From positions 1-28,171 of the forward strand of contig CAXBPH010000069.1 in assembly GCA_963977445.1 (NCBI GenBank): a DNA stretch of 28,171 nucleotides. Reading direction: 5' to 3'. Below are positions 25,565 to 28,171 of this stretch, piece after piece (position 1 is the first letter of the stretch; each line of letters starts with the position of its first letter). The position numbers and the translations under genes were made by a program. Below the pieces are notes generated by a model. It did no database searches. It was not told where the DNA came from and was given only the letters and a program-made list of their open reading frames with translations. The DNA is from an uncultured bacterium. Its GTDB lineage: Bacteria > Hydrogenedentota > Hydrogenedentia > Hydrogenedentales > JAEUWI01.

Positions 25565-26521
25565 TCAATAGGCCTGTACGCCAAACTTCAATAGATGTCG
25601 TGGCAGAATATCGTCGAGGTTTAGTACGTCTGCATCCGTCAACTCAATGAGGTTAAATCCGTATTTAGCATAGATGCTTTTTTTCTGCTCTTTACGGGCA
25701 GCATATTTGGGGTCATTTTCCAATCCCCAGAATTCGATGTAGACTTTGCCCGTTGGAATATAGAAATCACAATATACGTCTTCTTCTATGGGGAGTTTAC
25801 GTTCATAAGCGTGGACAATCTCGGCCATGTAGAGCCAGTTGTCGATAAGCATTTCAGCGCGCGAGCGAACAAAGTGCCCATCCGCCGCGCGATGAGTCGC
25901 CTCGAATTTCTGTCGGAACCCGACCGGTGTCGTGGCGGGCGTGTCGACTACGGACTCCGTTTCGGTGGGCGCAGAGGTTCCCTTGACTTCTCCGATGGTA
26001 TCCACCAAGGCCCGGTTTTCCAGAATGGACGTTGGCCAGCGAACATAAGGGATTCCAGAGCGAGAATCTTCAGACTGCAATCCACCCAACCGTTTACCCG
26101 GTTCGGTGACAGTCCAGCCTTTCAATCCCTTCTTGACCCAACCCAACTCTGAAAATATGTAGTTGCACTTGTTGGGCGATATCTCAAAATTCTTGCCAAT
26201 ACGGGTTGCCGTGAGTAATTCAGTTCCGGTCCGCCGTGGCTCGCCGGACGGTGACGGAGCGGATAAGTTTTTGGGCGCTGGTTCGGGTGCATCCTGATGG
26301 GCCGGGTTCACGGACATGTTTTCCGGCCAGCCGATGTACTTGCCGTATTTGGGGTGCTCGATGTACGTGCCCCCTTGTGCCTCACCTTGGGCAGTCAGTA
26401 CCCAATTGCCGTTTTCTTTGTGCAGTAGGCCAGCTTCTGCAAAGGAGTCGAAAACCGCTTTGGACTCAAGGTTGTTTCGCTTTGCTAATGCCGTTGTGGA
26501 AATACATTTCTGAGAAGTCAC
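25565..26521 (-). CDS. Hypothetical protein: two tandem wHTH (KilAC/antirepressor-like) repeats plus a C-terminal PD-(D/E)XK-like nuclease domain
   Basis: Internal duplication (..W.LT..G...GG....Y..WP twice), then VRSRAEMLIDNWLY...YER...CDFYIP...YIEFWG. GTG start with a GGAGG SD. Confidence 0.75.
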   Translation of the reverse strand: MTSQKCISTTALAKRNNLESKAVFDSFAEAGLLHKENGNWVLTAQGEAQGGTYIEHPKYGKYIGWPENMSVNPAHQDAPEPAPKNLSAPSPSGEPRRTGTELLTATRIGKNFEISPNKCNYIFSELGWVKKGLKGWTVTEPGKRLGGLQSEDSRSGIPYVRWPTSILENRALVDTIGEVKGTSAPTETESVVDTPATTPVGFRQKFEATHRAADGHFVRSRAEMLIDNWLYMAEIVHAYERKLPIEEDVYCDFYIPTGKVYIEFWGLENDPKYAARKEQKKSIYAKYGFNLIELTDADVLNLDDILPRHLLKFGVQAY

Positions 26522-26573
26522 GATAGCGCCCTCCGTTGAACACCCGATTGCCCTGCTATTGACATTACTGGGG

Positions 26574-26603
26574 ATAGTAGCGAAGTAAGGCGTGAGGCGT
26601 CAA
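26574..26603 (-). promoter_or_regulatory. Putative sigma-70 promoter for the nuclease-like gene
   Basis: Minus strand reads TTGACG-N18-TACTAT. Confidence 0.6.
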
Positions 26604-26629
26604 TACTGTAAATCTTTCCCTTGCTTTTC

Positions 26630-26666
26630 AAAAAAAGGCCCACTCCGCACTGTGCGAGGTGGGCCT
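26630..26666 (-). terminator. Rho-independent terminator after the symporter
   Basis: Minus strand reads AGGCCCACCTCGCACAGTGCGGAGTGGGCCTTTTTTT, a GC stem followed by a U7 tail. Confidence 0.88.
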
Positions 26667-26685
26667 GGTTGCATGTCTTATAATT

Positions 26686-28171
26686 TTACTCGGTGGACTC
26701 ATCCAGAATAATTGCCGGACCCACGTGGTCGGGCATACGAAGGTCATCGAGGATATCCATGACGCTTTGCGGGGGCGGTGGTGTCATGCGGGAGATCACC
26801 AAGGCTACGCTGAAGTTGAGAAGCATGCCGACGGTACCGATACCCTCGGCGGAGATGCCAAAGCACCAGTTGCCAAACCAGGGGGCGTCGGCGCCAAAGA
26901 GAAGATTGGCCTTGGTGCCTACGATGTAGAACAAGGTAAAGCCCAAGCCGATGATCATACCGGCGATCGCGCCTTCCCGATTGGCGCGCTTGTCAAAGAT
27001 GCCAAGGAGAATCACGGGGAAGAAACTGGCCGCCGCCAATCCAAAGGCAAAGGCCACCACCTGGGCCACGAAGCCCGGCGGATTCACGCCAAAGTAGCCC
27101 GCCACAAAAACGGCCCCGATCACCATAATACGGCCCACCATGACCCGTTTCTTTTCATCGGCGCCGGGGTTCATCAAGCGGAAGTAGATGTCATGGGCAA
27201 TCGAACTGGAAATGACCAGGAGTAATCCTGCCGCCGTGGATAAGGCGGCCGCGAGCCCACCGGCGGCCATCAAGGCCACCACCCAGGCCGGAAGCTGGGC
27301 GACTTCCGGTGTGGAGAGCACGATGATGTCCCGATCGATGATTATTTCCGAGGTTTCCTTGTCAGGGGTCAATTCAAGGATACCATTGCCGTTCTTGTCA
27401 TCAAATTGAAGCAGTTCGGTGGATTCCCATTTGGTGGCCCAATCCATGGCGTGAATTTCATCCATGGTTTTCTCGTTGAGCGATTCGATGAGATTGTATC
27501 GGGCAAAGGTGGCCAGCGCCGGTGCCGTGGTGTAGAGGATGGCGATAAACAGGATGGCCCAGAAGGCAGAGTAGCGCGCCGCACGGACGTTGGGCACGGT
27601 ATAGAACCGAACGATGACGTGGGGCAAGCCCGCCGTGCCCACCATGAGGGCGATGGTGATGAAGAGGATGTCGAGCATGCTCTTATCCCGGAAGGGCTGG
27701 GTGTATTCAGCAAAACCGAGGTCTACTTGAATCTGGTTGAGCTTGGGCATGATGTCGGAGGTGATCAGGCCAATCTGTGGAATGGGGTTGCCCGTCAGCT
27801 TGAGGGACAGGGCAATGGAAGGTATGAGGAAGGCCACGATCAGCACGCCATATTGTGCCACCTGGGTCCAGGTAATGCCTTTCATGCCACCGAGCACCGC
27901 AAAGAAGCCCACGATGACCATGCCAATGACAACACCCGTCTCAATGTCCACTTCAAGGAATCGACTGAAGACGATGCCCACGCCGCGCATTTGACCGGCC
28001 ACGTAGGTGATGGACACGAAGATGGCGCAAATGACCGCGATAATGCGGGCCGTTTTGGAGTAGTAACGGGTACCCACAAAGTCAGGCACCGTGTATTGAC
28101 CAAACTTGCGGAGATAGGGCGCGAGTAAGAGGGCCAGTAACACATAGCCCCCGGTCCAGCCCATGAGGTAG
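26686..28171 (-). CDS. Sodium:solute symporter, cation/acetate (ActP-like) family; 5' end lies outside the window
   Basis: GWTGGY, APYLRKFGQYTVPDF, GGMKGITWTQVAQY, GTAGLPHVIVRFYT, GGLAAALST and AASFFP. The frame is open to the window edge. Confidence 0.94.
   Translation of the reverse strand, partial: YLMGWTGGYVLLALLLAPYLRKFGQYTVPDFVGTRYYSKTARIIAVICAIFVSITYVAGQMRGVGIVFSRFLEVDIETGVVIGMVIVGFFAVLGGMKGITWTQVAQYGVLIVAFLIPSIALSLKLTGNPIPQIGLITSDIMPKLNQIQVDLGFAEYTQPFRDKSMLDILFITIALMVGTAGLPHVIVRFYTVPNVRAARYSAFWAILFIAILYTTAPALATFARYNLIESLNEKTMDEIHAMDWATKWESTELLQFDDKNGNGILELTPDKETSEIIIDRDIIVLSTPEVAQLPAWVVALMAAGGLAAALSTAAGLLLVISSSIAHDIYFRLMNPGADEKKRVMVGRIMVIGAVFVAGYFGVNPPGFVAQVVAFAFGLAAASFFPVILLGIFDKRANREGAIAGMIIGLGFTLFYIVGTKANLLFGADAPWFGNWCFGISAEGIGTVGMLLNFSVALVISRMTPPPPQSVMDILDDLRMPDHVGPAIILDESTE

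Noticed and set aside
25119..25568. 149-aa ORF or attenuator leader peptide upstream of ilvA
   Set aside because: It overlaps ilvA out of frame, has no Ile/Thr/Val codon run, and has no U-tailed terminator in the sense direction.

Overview
This is a GC-rich bacterial chromosomal window with no rRNA, tRNA, CRISPR array, transposase or integrase. Bases 1-5.5 kb hold a compact regulatory island. It encodes a membrane HAMP/PP2C (SpoIIE/RsbU-type) phosphatase, a small lipoprotein, a sigma-54 enhancer-binding protein with no N-terminal sensor domain, and an acidic helical lipoprotein. It also has two tiny stress-type membrane proteins missed by the ORF track (YqaE/Pmp3 and YtjA/DUF1328). Four correctly spaced -24/-12 sigma-54 promoter motifs sit in front of the four non-activator transcription units, suggesting a sigma-54-wired general stress regulon (inference). 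Next is a carbohydrate ABC transporter whose binding-protein gene carries a 201-nt in-frame palindromic (MITE/RPE-like) insert in its signal-peptide region. The rest holds a 74-aa orphan, cysC, an MFS transporter, an HNH nuclease, priA, an Ala/Glu-rich lipoprotein, a GH38 alpha-mannosidase, two paralogous GT-C-like membrane proteins flanking a methyltransferase, ilvA, an AT-richer tandem-wHTH/PD-(D/E)XK-like nuclease gene and a partial sodium:solute symporter. All calls come from reading motifs by eye; no searches were run.
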